Assembly: GCF_006345805.1 (NCBI RefSeq)
Contig: NC_043006.1
Location: forward strand, 21,514,001 to 21,578,000
Length of the DNA stretch: 64,000 nt
DNA from: Octopus sinensis
Taxonomy: Eukaryota
Reading direction: 5' to 3'
The position numbers and the translations under genes were made by a program. Positions 40,273 to 53,372 of the stretch are shown one piece after another. The notes below the pieces were generated by a model, which saw nothing but the letters and a program-made list of their open reading frames with translations, did no database searches and had not been told where the DNA came from. Within the stretch, counting starts at the first letter, position 1; every line of letters starts with the position of its first letter.

Positions 40273-40491
40273 TATTTCTTTATTACCCACAAGGGGCTAA
40301 ACATAGAGGGGACAAACATGGACAGACATAGGTATTAAGTCGATTATATCGACCCCAGTGCTTAACTGGTACTTAATTTATCGACCCTGAAAGGATGAAA
40401 GGCAAAGTCGACATCGGCGGAATTTGAACTCACAACGTAACGGCAGCCGAAATACCGCTAAGCATTTCGCCCGACGTGCTAACGATTCTGC
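40273..40491 (-). mobile_element. SINE family B with 11-bp TSD
   Basis: Flanked by tagtttatacc. Confidence 0.9.
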
Positions 40492-40706
40492 TAGTTTATA
40501 CCGTTTAGAGGATTACACACACATTTTGAAACATTGTTTGTAATTTGTGATATAGATATTATTATGATTTCTAAATGTTTATGATTTTTTAGTTTATTTA
40601 CAAGTCATAAATTCTTGTCTTGTTTTCATGATAGTATTTTTGATACATTCGAACGTACTTACAAGCATATACATAAAATAATACATAGCATTATTGTGTA
40701 TGTATT

Positions 40707-40761
<55 letters not shown>

Positions 40762-40860
40762 CATGTGCGTATGCATGTATATATAACTAAACAAGCGTAC
40801 ATGCATAAATACATACATGTATACATGTATATATATATGGTAAATCAAAGCTGGAAGATG

Positions 40861-40927
<67 letters not shown>

Positions 40928-41003
40928 ACATATATATATATATATACATATATATATACATATATATATATATACATATTATATATATATATATCTATAT
41001 ATA

Positions 41004-41081
<78 letters not shown>

Positions 41082-41630
41082 ATATTTGTGTATTGTGTAT
41101 TTGTGTGTGTGCGTATAAATACATGTGTATAATAATACATGTATTATTGTGTGGCGGCGGGGGGGCATTTTTATATTAGTTAAATTGTAGAAATTAACAC
41201 TTTGATTCTTTTATAATTTTAACCATGTTTGGAATATAAATTTTAATTTATTTCTTTAAAAAATATTTCTCTTTCAATTTTAATTTCAGAGATGTTTCCA
41301 GCTGCTCTAGACATTTTATCGCTCGGAAAATTTGAAGGATTACGCAAGCAACATTGGAAGTTTTTTTATGGTTGTTTTCATAAATAAATGATTGGTTTAT
41401 GCACAATTTATAATATAGTGTAACGCGCGTGGTGCCAGCCATTGGCGGCTGCAAATTGATTTTTATTAAACATTCAAATATAATATAAAATCAATCATAT
41501 CAAATGCTGTAGTTTTAAAATCAGAATTTTATTTATTTTTCATCTACTGTTAACCTCAAAATTAAAATAAAAATAAAAATAAAAATGAACTCTTGAAGAC
41601 CGAGTGAAAAACAAACACCTACAAAACACA

Positions 41631-41710
<80 letters not shown>

Positions 41711-41829
41711 TCATAATAATAAATATACTTATATACGGACGCACGCACGCTCACACACACATATACACGCATACGCACACACATATACAAACAAAAAGGG
41801 GATAATTTTCGTATCCCAGGTCTTTAGCA

Positions 41830-42205
41830 ATGAATCTCACTGGGCATGGAATACTGGACGACAATGAGGCTGAGTTTATTGACAGGGACCTAGGCAGTAA
41901 TATTGTCTATAACAAAACTAGTAACTACACAGTGAAACGCATGCATCATGCAAGTTTCCAAAAAGAAATCCTTATCCCTCCATATATAGCTATTTTCCTT
42001 CTAGCTGTTGTCGGGAATTTACTTGTTATATTGACTCTTGTGCAAAACAAACGCATGCGCACTGTCACCAATGTTTTTCTATTGAACTTGTCAATCAGTG
42101 ATCTACTTTTGGCAGTATTTTGTATGCCATTTACGCTGATACCAGTATTATTGCGGAACTTTATCTTTGGAGCTACAATGTGTGTACTTATACGCTACCT
42201 GCAAG
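41830..42205 (+). CDS. First coding exon (N-terminus, TM1, TM2, start of TM3) of a cholecystokinin/gastrin/sulfakinin receptor-like class A GPCR
   Basis: Translation MNLT...NKTSNYT...YIAIFLLAVVGNLLVILTLVQNKRMRTVTNVFLLNLSISDLLLAVFCMPFTL..LLRNFIFG..MC..IRYLQG. It has N-glycosylation sequons, TM1 GN, TM2 LxxxD, and the RMRTVTN and CMPFTL motifs typical of CCK-type receptors. Strong donor CAAG|GTAAG at 42205/42206 (phase 1). The ORF-track tail past this point is intronic (TG)n. Confidence 0.93.
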
Positions 42206-42984
42206 GTAAGGAAACAATCTTGTCACTCAGTGTGTGTGTGTGTGTGTGTGTGTGTGAGCCGTTTCATAATTTGTAATGTATTACCGTTATTTAGCCCAAG
42301 TCAGACTATCAAGCAATCCTATGATCAAAGGCTTCATGTTGTTACCATGCGTCTTGCCCTTGTATTTAGGAATACACCATCCTTTATATCCTTCATATTT
42401 TTCCCAAGACCATAATGTCTAATTTGAGGAAAATTTGGTGATTATTTTTAGTTCCTTCATTATTTTTTCTTGTTGTCAATGTGATTGCTGTTTCGTTCCA
42501 TAACATCTTGATCCTTATGCTGTGTTACCAGTTAGCTACAACGGTCTGGTCTAAGCTGGTCTGTGCTCTTATGCTCCCTGTAAACATTTGTTTCATTTGA
42601 CGATATTTATTGCTCATTTCATTTTCAGCTTTGTATTTCATGTCATTTTCGTATCTATTTCTTGTTTGTATACTGGTTTAATATCTGAGAATGGATATCC
42701 AACTTCAACAAACGAGGCTTGTAGTTGTAAGTGTTACGTTGTGAAGTGATTCAATTGGACATGAAGTTAACGGCATTTCATTGGGTTCATAGAAGTAGGA
42801 AAAATATCATATTTCTGCCTCATTTTACCAATTTTCTATTTCAATATTGAATATTATAGCTTCAAATTCATTTTATAACGGAAATGTTACATTTACAATG
42901 TTTCTTTTCATCAATTCTTGAATTTGTTACTGTTTTCGAAATTATTCATGCGATCTTCTCCGTTTATTGATATAACTTAGCCCT

Positions 42985-43760
42985 AGGTCATCAAACAGTC
43001 CGAAAACCAAAGGTAATCTTGTCGAACCTGTCCCATCACCTAAGGGGCATATGGGACTAGATTTTTTGAAGTGTTCTTCCCATATGACGACAGAGTGTAG
43101 TTACTATTCGGTTGAGCGCCCAAAGTTTCGCAACAAATAGAATTATGATCTTTCTTTAAATGTTTCTCCATTATATTTAATAAAAAATAAAACGCATTTA
43201 TTAAAAGCAATTTGTATATTATAAGTAAGGCAGATATTTTGTCGAAAGCCTGCTAAACTGGAATATAACAGGTACTTTCTTGAGAGCAATACTCAGTGTA
43301 GCAGGATTTCAAAGATACAGTTTCTATTATAATGATATATAGGTTTCTATTTTGGACTAATACTGATTTCATCGCTGAACCCTCATCAAGCAGTCCAATG
43401 ATCAAAGATAACCCAATGGATATCATTCCACCACCCTAGGGGCGTATAGAACTGGATTATTTAAAATAGCCTTTCCATATGACGACAAAGTGTAGTTACT
43501 ATTCGATAGAGCGACCCAGTTTTGCAACAAATATAATTACGGTCTTTCTTTAGCTGTTACTCCATTTTGCTTAATAAAAAAAGCCTTTATTAAAAGTAAT
43601 TTGTGTATTATATTCAAAGCAGATATTTTGTCGAAAGCCTGCTAAACTGCTGTATAACATATGCTTTCTCGAGACCGAGAAAGCATTATTTCAAAACTAT
43701 AGCTTCTTTAAGTTCGATATACACGTTTCTATTTTGAACTAATGCTGGTTCCGTTGCTGA
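42985..43760. repeat. Diverged ~395-bp tandem duplication in the GPCR intron
   Basis: ccatatgacgaca(g/a)agtgtagttactattcg and gcagatattttgtcgaaagcctgctaaactg each occur twice, ~390 bp apart. Confidence 0.85.
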
Positions 43761-43878
43761 TAACAAACATTTATTTATGTAAGAGGAGGAAGTTATCTGA
43801 AGTTTACCGAGTAAACTCTAAACTGTAAAGCATGTATGATTATAAAGTGACCTTTGTGTATGTATAGGTAAGTACGCG

Positions 43879-44220
43879 GGTAAGGGGTAAAGACCCCCTT
43901 CGGTCAGGCACTGACCATGGGTTTGCACCTAGAGAGATACCCTCTGAGGCACAAGTCTGGGCAAGGTTGTTTTTATGGAAGACCAGCAGTCGCCCATGCA
44001 TACCGGCCTCCCCTCTCCACGTCACCGATGTTGTCCAAGGGAAAGGCAAGGGCCGATACAGCTTGGCACCTGTGACGTCGCAACTCATTTCTACAGCTGA
44101 GTGAACTGGAGCAACGTGAAATAAAGTGCCTTGCTCAAGAACACAACACGCAGCCCCGTCCGGGATTCGAGCTCACAACCTCACGATCGTAAGCTCGACG
44201 CTCTAACCACTGAGCCATGC
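43879..44220 (-). mobile_element. SINE family E
   Basis: Reverse-complement match to 36787-37122. Confidence 0.88.
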
Positions 44221-44767
44221 ATGTATTATATAGGTAAGTATGCATATATAAATGTGCGTGGTTTAGAGAAATTCTTAAGTTCCCCCATATTCTTTAGTAT
44301 CTGTCATTTCTCACAACTGCAGCTGTATGTGTGTGTATGAGTGTAGGTGTTTGTGAGTGTGTGTGTGTGTGAGTGTAGGTGTTTGTGAGTGTGTGTGTGT
44401 GTGTGAGTGTAGGTGTTTGTGAGTGTGTGTGTGTGCTGTGTATGTGTGTAAATATGCGAGGGAGAGAATCCTTCCAAAGAAGATCATTGGAGTACACACA
44501 CACGCCCGTGTGCGCGCCTCCATACTGTATCGAGACACTCGTCTCTAAAAACCGCACGACACAACCATCTCTGCACGAGTGAAGACCCACGGTGATGGTG
44601 ACTGGTACCTTTTCATTTCTCTGTATAAACGTTTTAATGATTGTTACAGTTTTTCTTTCTTTAAGGAGACAGGTGGGAGTACAAATTTTAGACACAAAAA
44701 CGATAAATGATATTTCTATGCTTGTATGTAGGTAGGTAGATATATGTATATGTGTATGTGAGTGTAT

Positions 44768-44836
<69 letters not shown>

Positions 44837-45054
44837 CAGAAAGACAGACAGACAGACAGACAGAGGGATGGGGCAGATCTCCCTTCGTTCATGAGGAACA
44901 AACTCAAACACGCACCCACCACGCGCACACATATACACACATATTTATGTATTACAACGAGCTTCTTTCAGTTTCCGTCAACTAAATCCACTCACAAAGC
45001 TCTAGTCGGCTCGAGGCTACAGTACAAGATACTTGCCCAGACTCATGTGGCTGG

Positions 45055-45143
<89 letters not shown>

Positions 45144-45246
45144 CATAAATACATATATATATATATACATAAATACATATATATATATATCTATATATAT
45201 ATATATATATTATATATATATATATATATACATACTTACATATATA

Positions 45247-45289
<43 letters not shown>

Positions 45290-46045
45290 AATTTTAGAGA
45301 CAAAACCACTTTGAACTCAATCAACACTGAAAGATTTTATACCCGACCACTCCATAAAATGTTAAAAATTAAATCTTATAATAACTATATTCTGAATCGT
45401 GTATTTTCCGTTTATAACACTACACGTGTTTCATGAAAGTACGTCAGTATTGATTAGATACGAGGTATCTAGTTTCAATACTTACTCGGGTCGACATAGT
45501 CCCAATCTTCAGGTCTGGATTCCTCAACATTTCTCACTACCCCTACCTCTTATATACTTCCATGATACTCTGTATCTTCGATATAATCTTACTTGACATG
45601 TACAAATGAATAGTAATACAAATAATAAATAAAAATAATAACTGAATATTAAAAGTTTAAGGAGTAAAAATTTAAGGAATAAATTTTTATTCCTTAAATG
45701 TTTGTATGTGTTGTATATGCTTTGTACGTGTTATATGGGTTTTGTCGCGCTATGAGAACATAAGCCGCTGATAAACCACGCGAATTTTGGCAGTTAACAA
45801 AATGGACATGATGTTTTACTCTTCTTGAGTCTCATCAGGGATCACCAAGCCATTTCGATTTTGACTTCATCCAGTTCTCTTAACTTTCTTCTCGGACCTC
45901 TTCCCTCTCCCTCTCCTTATCTACTCTTCTCTCCTCCAGTACCTCTTACCTACCTCTCTCTCCATATTTCTCTGTCCTCTATGTCGTATTCTCTCTCTGT
46001 CTCTGTATGTGTCTCTCTCTCTCTCCCTCTCACTCTCTCTCCCTC

Positions 46046-46101
<56 letters not shown>

Positions 46102-48508
46102 TTCTTACTATATGTCGCACTCGCAGATTATGCTTTACATTTTCTTGAATATGGCACAACTTTGTCTTCAGTAAAATGAGAGCATTCATTTTCTTAGAAA
46201 TTCCGAATCGCTGTAGCAATCTCATTGCGTTATCGGAGCGGAACATTTTATTCTACATTGCTTCAATTCCCCTATGTATCGCTGAGAAAAAGGTGTCACT
46301 AGATTATTATCTTATCAAGGTGGTGGAGGTATTTAACTTTTATCTACATTTTAATGGAATGAAACCACAACGAAACTGTTTTGTTTAATCCATAGCGAAG
46401 TTAGGAGGCACTTGCACACATACACACACATACATACACACACACACACACATGCATTCACACACACACATGCATTCACACACATGCATTCCACACACAC
46501 ACATGCATTCACACTCCCACACATGTATATATGTGTGGATATGAGTGCATGTGTGTATGAGTATGTGTGCAAAGCGTAGGCAGGGATTAGTGCCACTAAG
46601 AAAATACGAATTTCGACTGTTTTTTTCCTGATACTTTATCAATTCAGACGTGCAGTACCTAATCAAACAAAATCAATATTTACTTAATTCACCATACAGT
46701 TTTGATCATCATATTATATGACGTATTATACGGCCATATTATTTAGTTGTCCGTTGTAAATTTTGTTGCTACTTCTTGATAATTATTATGCAACTATTTG
46801 TCTTGCAATCTTTGTCGTTGGTTACATTGTTGTCTCAGTTTAGGCATAATACGTTAGTATTTACTCTTGAGTTTACGTATGATTACCTGTCAAGGCTTCT
46901 AAATTCTATATAAACATGGGAAATAGATTTCATATGCCCAAACATCGAATAACGTAAATAAACATATCATTGTTTTGTTATGCTTGTGAGTTGCTAGTGA
47001 AACGAAGTTAACGGAAAGGATAGAGAACCGGACAAATGTCTTTTATTAGTTCCACTCCTTTATATTCTGAGTTGATGTAAAGGGCTTCGTCAGTCAATGT
47101 TGACCGTGAATCTGCACAGGTATGCGCAGGCCTACGGTATATTTCTGTCTTATTTTTCCTGGTTTTTGTTGTTTTATTTTGCCTTTTGTATTTTGTTGGG
47201 GTTTTTTTTTTGCTTTTGTGTTTGAAAAGAATTGACAATTACCTTCGCATTAAAGTATTTTTACACCACACCTCGATGTTTAACCAAAGGAAAGGTCACC
47301 AGCTTGGGCCGATACCATTTGGTATCAGTGTCCAATGTCGTCACATACGCTACTGATAGAACACAAAGAACTTGAATAGACACCGCAACAAGGCCATCTT
47401 AAAGCATAGGCACATTGAGCTGCTGCTCATATACAGCACAGGTATGAAAGGGCCCAATTCTGATTTATGTAGGCATTTGCTTGTTAATAAATAAATACTA
47501 CAGGGCCCAGTGCTTTCATTTGATTGAGAACCCATAATTGTGCACCATAAAGAATCTTGCTCATCTCTTTAGCGGTTCTTACAATCCACCGCGCAGGATT
47601 CGTAGTGTTTTATCGACCACAAAAGAAAGCAAGATTTTCTATCAAATGCTATAATGGTTCTATTATCAACTGCCTTCATATCTCATCTAATATGAATTGT
47701 ACTTATCTTTTCTGGGTTGACTAAATCAGTACAAGTCAAACACTTGAGACCAGTAAATCGAATGCGCCCTCATCAAAAATCCTGAATTGTACTAATGTTA
47801 TGCAAAATATATTTTATGGATGGAAAGTATGACGGTTTAGCGATCATATCTTTTTCCGAAGACATTACGCGAGCCATCTTAATGAAAGTGACTTGAAAAG
47901 AGATTACAACTGAGTTTCGTTCTCACTTCGGGAAGAGATATTTTTTCTTGCTAACTACTTTACAACATATACGCGTATAAGCAGCTGTACATGCTTAGGC
48001 CGTAGTCTTGTGGTGGTGCCTTTTATAGAAACACTGATGCTACTTATTATAGTACAGCAGCAAATAGTATGGTACGAACAATAGCATATGATGTAATACG
48101 GTAGAGTGAGAGCTGTTGGATGTTGCTAGATGTATCAAAGTTATACAGTGAAGCGAGATATACTGCAATTCGTTTGTCATAAATGGTACGGGTAAAAAGG
48201 AACGAAACCACTTATATTTAAGTTAATATTTTATTTGTTAAGAGGCTTGTTGTTCTGAGATGTGAAGATTTTAAAACGTGGTCTTCAAGTTAAAGAATAA
48301 CAGGAACGTTTTCTTCATATAGATGTAGTTTGAAAGCTGCAGCATTAAGCAATGATGAATATTGACTATGCAATATAGACTATGCGATTAATTTTTTTTC
48401 ATATACACTAATTCGATACGACGACTGTCCTATCGTAGAGTGATGACTTGAAAAATCGAGGTCTCGACGGTGAAAAAATCTGTTTATTTTCCAGTGCATG
48501 AACACATA

Positions 48509-48920
48509 GGCGTAGGAGTGGCTGTGTGGTAAGTAGCTTGCTTACCAACCACATGGTTCCGGGTTCAGTCCCACTGCGTGGCACCTTGGGCAAGTGTCTT
48601 CTACTATAGCCTCGGGCCGACCAAAGCCTTGTGAGTGGATTTGGTAGACGGAAACTGAAAGAAGCCCGTCATATATATATATATATATGTATGTATGTGT
48701 GTTTATATGTTTGTGTGTCTGTGTTTGTTCCTCCAACATCGCTTGACAACCGATGCTGGTGTGTTTACGTCTCTGTAACTTAGAGGTTCGGCAAAAGAAA
48801 CCGATAGAATAAGTGCTAGGCTTACAAAGAATAAGTCCTGGGGTCGATTTGCTCGACTAAAGGCGGTGCTCCAGCATGGCCACAGTCAAATGACTGAAAC
48901 AAATAAAAGAGTAAAAGAGA
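48509..48920 (+). mobile_element. SINE family A
   Basis: Full-length copy. Confidence 0.9.
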
Positions 48921-49089
48921 AAGAGTAATATGTACATACGTAAATACGTACATACTCACATATATGCAGGCATACATACATACATACAGACAGATTGGCA
49001 GACAGACAGAAATGTAACTACATGTGTGAGAATGTGTACGTAAATCTAAACATAAAAATCTGCACATGCACTGACTCCAAATATTTTTT

Positions 49090-49308
49090 ATATGGTGCAG
49101 AAACGTGGGGGGGGGATGAGAGAGGCGGAAAGGAGGCGAATAGCTGGTGTTTGAGATGAGATGTTTGAGGGCTATGGTTGATGTGACACGGATGGACAGG
49201 ATGAGGGATGAGGAGGTGCGAAGGCGCACAGGAAGGAGAGAAAACTAACAACCAAAGCTTACAGATGAATGTTGAGGTGTTTTGGCCACAGGGAGAGGAT
49301 AGATGAGG
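49090..49308 (+). mobile_element. RTE-clade LINE C-terminal fragment
   Basis: YGAETW...[29 protein letters not shown]...LRCFGH.ERIDE. Confidence 0.8.
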
Positions 49309-49421
49309 TATATATACATGTACATGCATATATATATATATACATGTATATATATACATGTATATATATATATATACGTGTATATATACATGTATATATA
49401 TATATATATACGTGTATATAT

Positions 49422-49464
<43 letters not shown>

Positions 49465-49465
49465 G

Positions 49466-49496
<31 letters not shown>

Positions 49497-49555
49497 GGCC
49501 TGCTCGCTTAGCCAGTGGGGTGGCGTCATTTAAAGGCTAAAACAATGCGAAACGC

Positions 49556-49839
49556 GACCGACCAGGTTATCAGATGCTGCTACACATCGCTGGTCACAAT
49601 GCGTTTCGCATTGTTTTAGCCTTTAAATGACGCCACCCCACTGGCTAAGCGAGCAAGCCAACAGAAGAAAGAGAGAGAGAAAGTTGTGGCGAAAGAGTAC
49701 AGCAGGGATCGCCACCACCCCCTGCCGGAGCCTCGTGGAGCTTTAGGCGTTTTCGCTCAATAAACTCTCACAATGCCCGCTCTGGGAATCGAAACCGCGA
49801 TCCTACGACCGCGAGTCCGCTGCCCTAACTACTGGGCCA
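49556..49839 (-). mobile_element. SINE family D'
   Basis: Matches 26795-27075. Confidence 0.85.
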
Positions 49840-49874
49840 TACCTACATATATATATATATATATATACATATAT

Positions 49875-49961
<87 letters not shown>

Positions 49962-49977
49962 TAGATATATAGATATT

Positions 49978-50015
<38 letters not shown>

Positions 50016-50599
50016 AAGAGAGAGATATATATATAGATATATAGATATATATATATACATATATATATATACATGAGATATGCATTTTTGAAGTTTCGTA
50101 GTACACTTATTCCAAAAACACTAACTCAAATTTTATGTATCTTCCAAGAAACGTGGATGTATTTGCACTTTCAAAGGGGCTTTGCCCGGTGTTATAAACC
50201 CCATTAGGGAGTTAAATAATATTGTAAGGTGGTGACATTTTGGAAATCGTCTTTGTTTTGTTTCTAGTAGTCACGTTGTTATTTTCATTGAAATCGGAGG
50301 TATTTTAAATTTCACGGGAGGTATTTGCCCCGCTTTAAGACCCCTAATCGCAATGGAATGTAAATTTTACGTAGCTCATCATCTTTCTCGTAAAATTTTA
50401 CAGGAGAACACTTACTTCGTTTTTACGTATCTTCTATACATATATACTTATACATATATAATATATATGCATATATATATAATATATATATTATATATAT
50501 ATATATATATATAAATTCATTTATACACACATATATATACAGAGATATATATACATACATCATATATGGATATATACAAACATATATATATATATACAA

Positions 50600-50633
<34 letters not shown>

Positions 50634-50763
50634 TATAATTAAGGGCTAAAGAGGGTTATTCTAAAGCCAAATACACTGTTTTATCCACTTATAATCCGCT
50701 TGTTACAGGAAAATTGAAACTGAAAACGGGCAACTAACCTTTAGAAAATTTAAATTTCGTTAT

Positions 50764-50826
50764 CTCTATATTGAATCAATTTCGGACTTAATCTTATAAA
50801 AAAGATATATTCCTTCTTCAGTAGAA
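50764..50826 (-). ncRNA. Type I hammerhead ribozyme, intact core
   Basis: Minus strand: ttcta CTGAAGA agga...tcc GAAA ttgattcaa TA tagag. Stem I ttcta/tagag, stem III ttga/tcaa. Confidence 0.8.
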
Positions 50827-51183
50827 CTTTCGATGGGATATAAATAAAATACTCACGTATGATCATGGAAAAAGCACAAGCTAAAAACATAACTACACTT
50901 GAGTACATCACTTATATCTAAAAATAAAAATTCTTTGGTCAGCCTCAGAAAACAACGTCCAGACCTTTCGCCGCTACAAATTGTAATGGTTACCAGTCCT
51001 TATATATATATATATAAATTCATGTATACATATATATACATATATATATACAGAGATATATAAACATCATATATGTATATATACACATCATATATGTATA
51101 TATACAAACATATATATATACAAGCATATATATGTGTGTGTGCGTGTGTGGGCATACAAACATATATATATAGAGAGAGAAAC

Positions 51184-51236
<53 letters not shown>

Positions 51237-51335
51237 TAATATATATAATGTACTGTTTCCCTGATGGTGAGATCAACAAAAAATTAATGCGTCTGGTGAG
51301 AGATAAATATTGTTTAATCGACACAGTACATGCTT

Positions 51336-51558
51336 CTGGCAGAACCGTTAACACGCCGGGCGAAATGCGTAGCCGTATTTCGTCTGCTGTTACTTTCTGA
51401 TTTCAAATTCCGCCGAGGTCGACTTTGCCTTTCATCCTTTCGGGGGTCGATAAATTAAGTACCAGTTACACACTGGGGTCGATTTAATCGACTTAATTCG
51501 TTTGTCTGTCCTCGTTTGTCCCCTCTATGTTTAGCCCCTTGTGGGTAGTAAAGAAATA
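51336..51558 (+). mobile_element. SINE family B
   Basis: ctggcagaaccgttaacacgccgggcg...gtagtaaagaaata. Confidence 0.88.
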
Positions 51559-51776
51559 TATATGCTACTATAAAAACAATACTTATTTTTATGTTTCGTA
51601 TGTTGAGAAAGGCCATGCCTTTCAATTGACAAACTCAAAGTTTTTTGTGCAAACTCGCTAGCACTTTTAAAATAGGTGTACATATTTTCAGCTCAATCCG
51701 ACACGTTATATATATGTATATATACATACGCAATAAATATGTACATATATATGCATAAATATGTACATATATATGT

Positions 51777-52099
51777 GAGGGCGCGTGGCTTAGTGGTTAG
51801 GGCATTCGGCTCATGATCGTAAGGTTGTGAGTTCGATTCCCGGCGACGCGTTGTGTCCTTGAGCAAGACACTTTATTTCACGTTGCTCCAGTCCACTCAG
51901 CTGGCAAAAATGAGTTGTACTTGTATTTCAAAGGGTCAGCCTTGTCACTCTCTGTGTCACGCTGATTATCCCCGAGAACTACGTTAAGGGTACACGTGTC
52001 TGTGGAATGCTCAGCCATTTGCACATTAATTTCACGAGCAAGCTGTTCCGTTGATCGTATCAGCTGGGACCCTCGTCGTCGTAACCGGCGGAGTCTTTT
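51777..52099 (+). mobile_element. SINE family C
   Basis: Near-identical to 25843-26170. Confidence 0.9.
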
Positions 52100-52168
52100 A
52101 TTATATATACATGTCTACACACGAACACACACACACACAACAAAACACACACACATGCATATATATAT

Positions 52169-52207
52169 ATGATGAAGGACAATGATCCTGAAACACGGTG
52201 TCCCTAG
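52169..52207 (+). ncRNA. 5'-truncated hammerhead ribozyme, same family as 10715
   Basis: (at)GATGA agga caatga tcct GAAA cacggtg TC cctag. C3 and the 5' strand of stem I are replaced by (AT)n. Downstream sequence is homologous to 10760-10905. Confidence 0.7.
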
Positions 52208-52374
52208 ATGCAGTTCTGGCGGTTGGGGGTGTTTGTCTCCCCTTCGTATATGTATATAAGGACACAGGGAAAAAATGTGTCGAAGCTGTCAGGAGGCGTT
52301 CGATGCCTCCTAGGGCTATACAACGGTGGTGTACCCCCTACTGTCACGTTCTTGTTAGATTGACAGTATACAAC

Positions 52375-52416
<42 letters not shown>

Positions 52417-53010
52417 CGAACTAGGAATTGAATGAGAGAAGAAAACGTCAAGTTGAGAAGGAAGTATATAGAAAGTGTGTACTGTTCACCATTGGTAAGA
52501 TCAACAAAAAACGTACTCTATTTGATGTGAAATATATTGTGTTTATTTAATTAAATATACATGTGTGTGTGTGTGTGTGTGTGTGTGGTGTATGTATAAA
52601 CACTCACAGAGGAAGGCAGTCAGACAAACAGTCACAGACATGAGGAGAGACACATTGCAAACAGTAAGCATATACAAGTGCCTGGATAATAGTTTACGTT
52701 AGGGTTTTAGCAAAAGTGTTTCTCCATTTATTATTTCAATTGGAGCAGGGAAAATATATACACGGACAAAATATGTAATACTAAAATATATTATTTTTTT
52801 TTTTAGATATATATCAGCCTATTTGAGAAAGTGGAAATATGGCAGATCTTTTAGCAATCTATAATCAAATCTATTGTTCTATCTAAAAGGTTTTACATCC
52901 AATCGCATTATATATCATTTGTAAAATGCATTTTGTATTTTCCGTTTTATTATAAACTATATTGTAGATAATAAAAAAGTACACTGTACACAGTAACACA
53001 GGGAAAATGT

Positions 53011-53372
53011 GTGGAAGCACTCCGTCGGTTACGACGACGAGGGTTCCGGTTGATCCGAATCAACGGAACAGCCTGCTCGTGAAATTAACGTGTAAGTGGC
53101 TGAGCACACGTAGTTCTCGGGGATATTCAGCGTGACACAGAGAGTGACAAGGCCGGCCCTTTGAAATACAGGTACAACAGAAACAGGAAGTAAGAGTGAG
53201 AGAAAGTTGTGGTGAAAGAGTACAGCAGGGATCACCACCAACCCCTGGCGGAGCCTCGTGGAGCTTTAGGTGTTTTCGCTCAATAAACACTCACAACGCC
53301 CGGTCTGGGAATCGAAACCGCGATCCTATGACCGCGAGTCCGCTGCCCTAACCACTGGGCCATTGCGTCTCC
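53011..53372 (-). mobile_element. SINE family D
   Basis: 15-bp TSD acacagggaaaatgt at 52996 and 53373. Confidence 0.92.

Noticed and set aside
41385-41455. GPCR promoter (two ATTGG boxes, AT-rich TATA-like run, CpG cluster)
   Set aside because: Short motifs like these are common by chance, and a possible splice acceptor before the ATG suggests the true start may be further upstream.
45461-45515. Minus-strand CTGAAGA...GAAActag motif
   Set aside because: No NUH triplet or stem I pairing.
45800-45842. Minus-strand CTGATGA gactc/gagt AAAA catcatg TC hammerhead-like motif
   Set aside because: G12 is missing and stem I does not pair; at most a relic.
47030-47100. Minus-strand CTGACGA with a ccttta/taaagg stem
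   Set aside because: No properly placed GAAA; a hammerhead cannot be supported.
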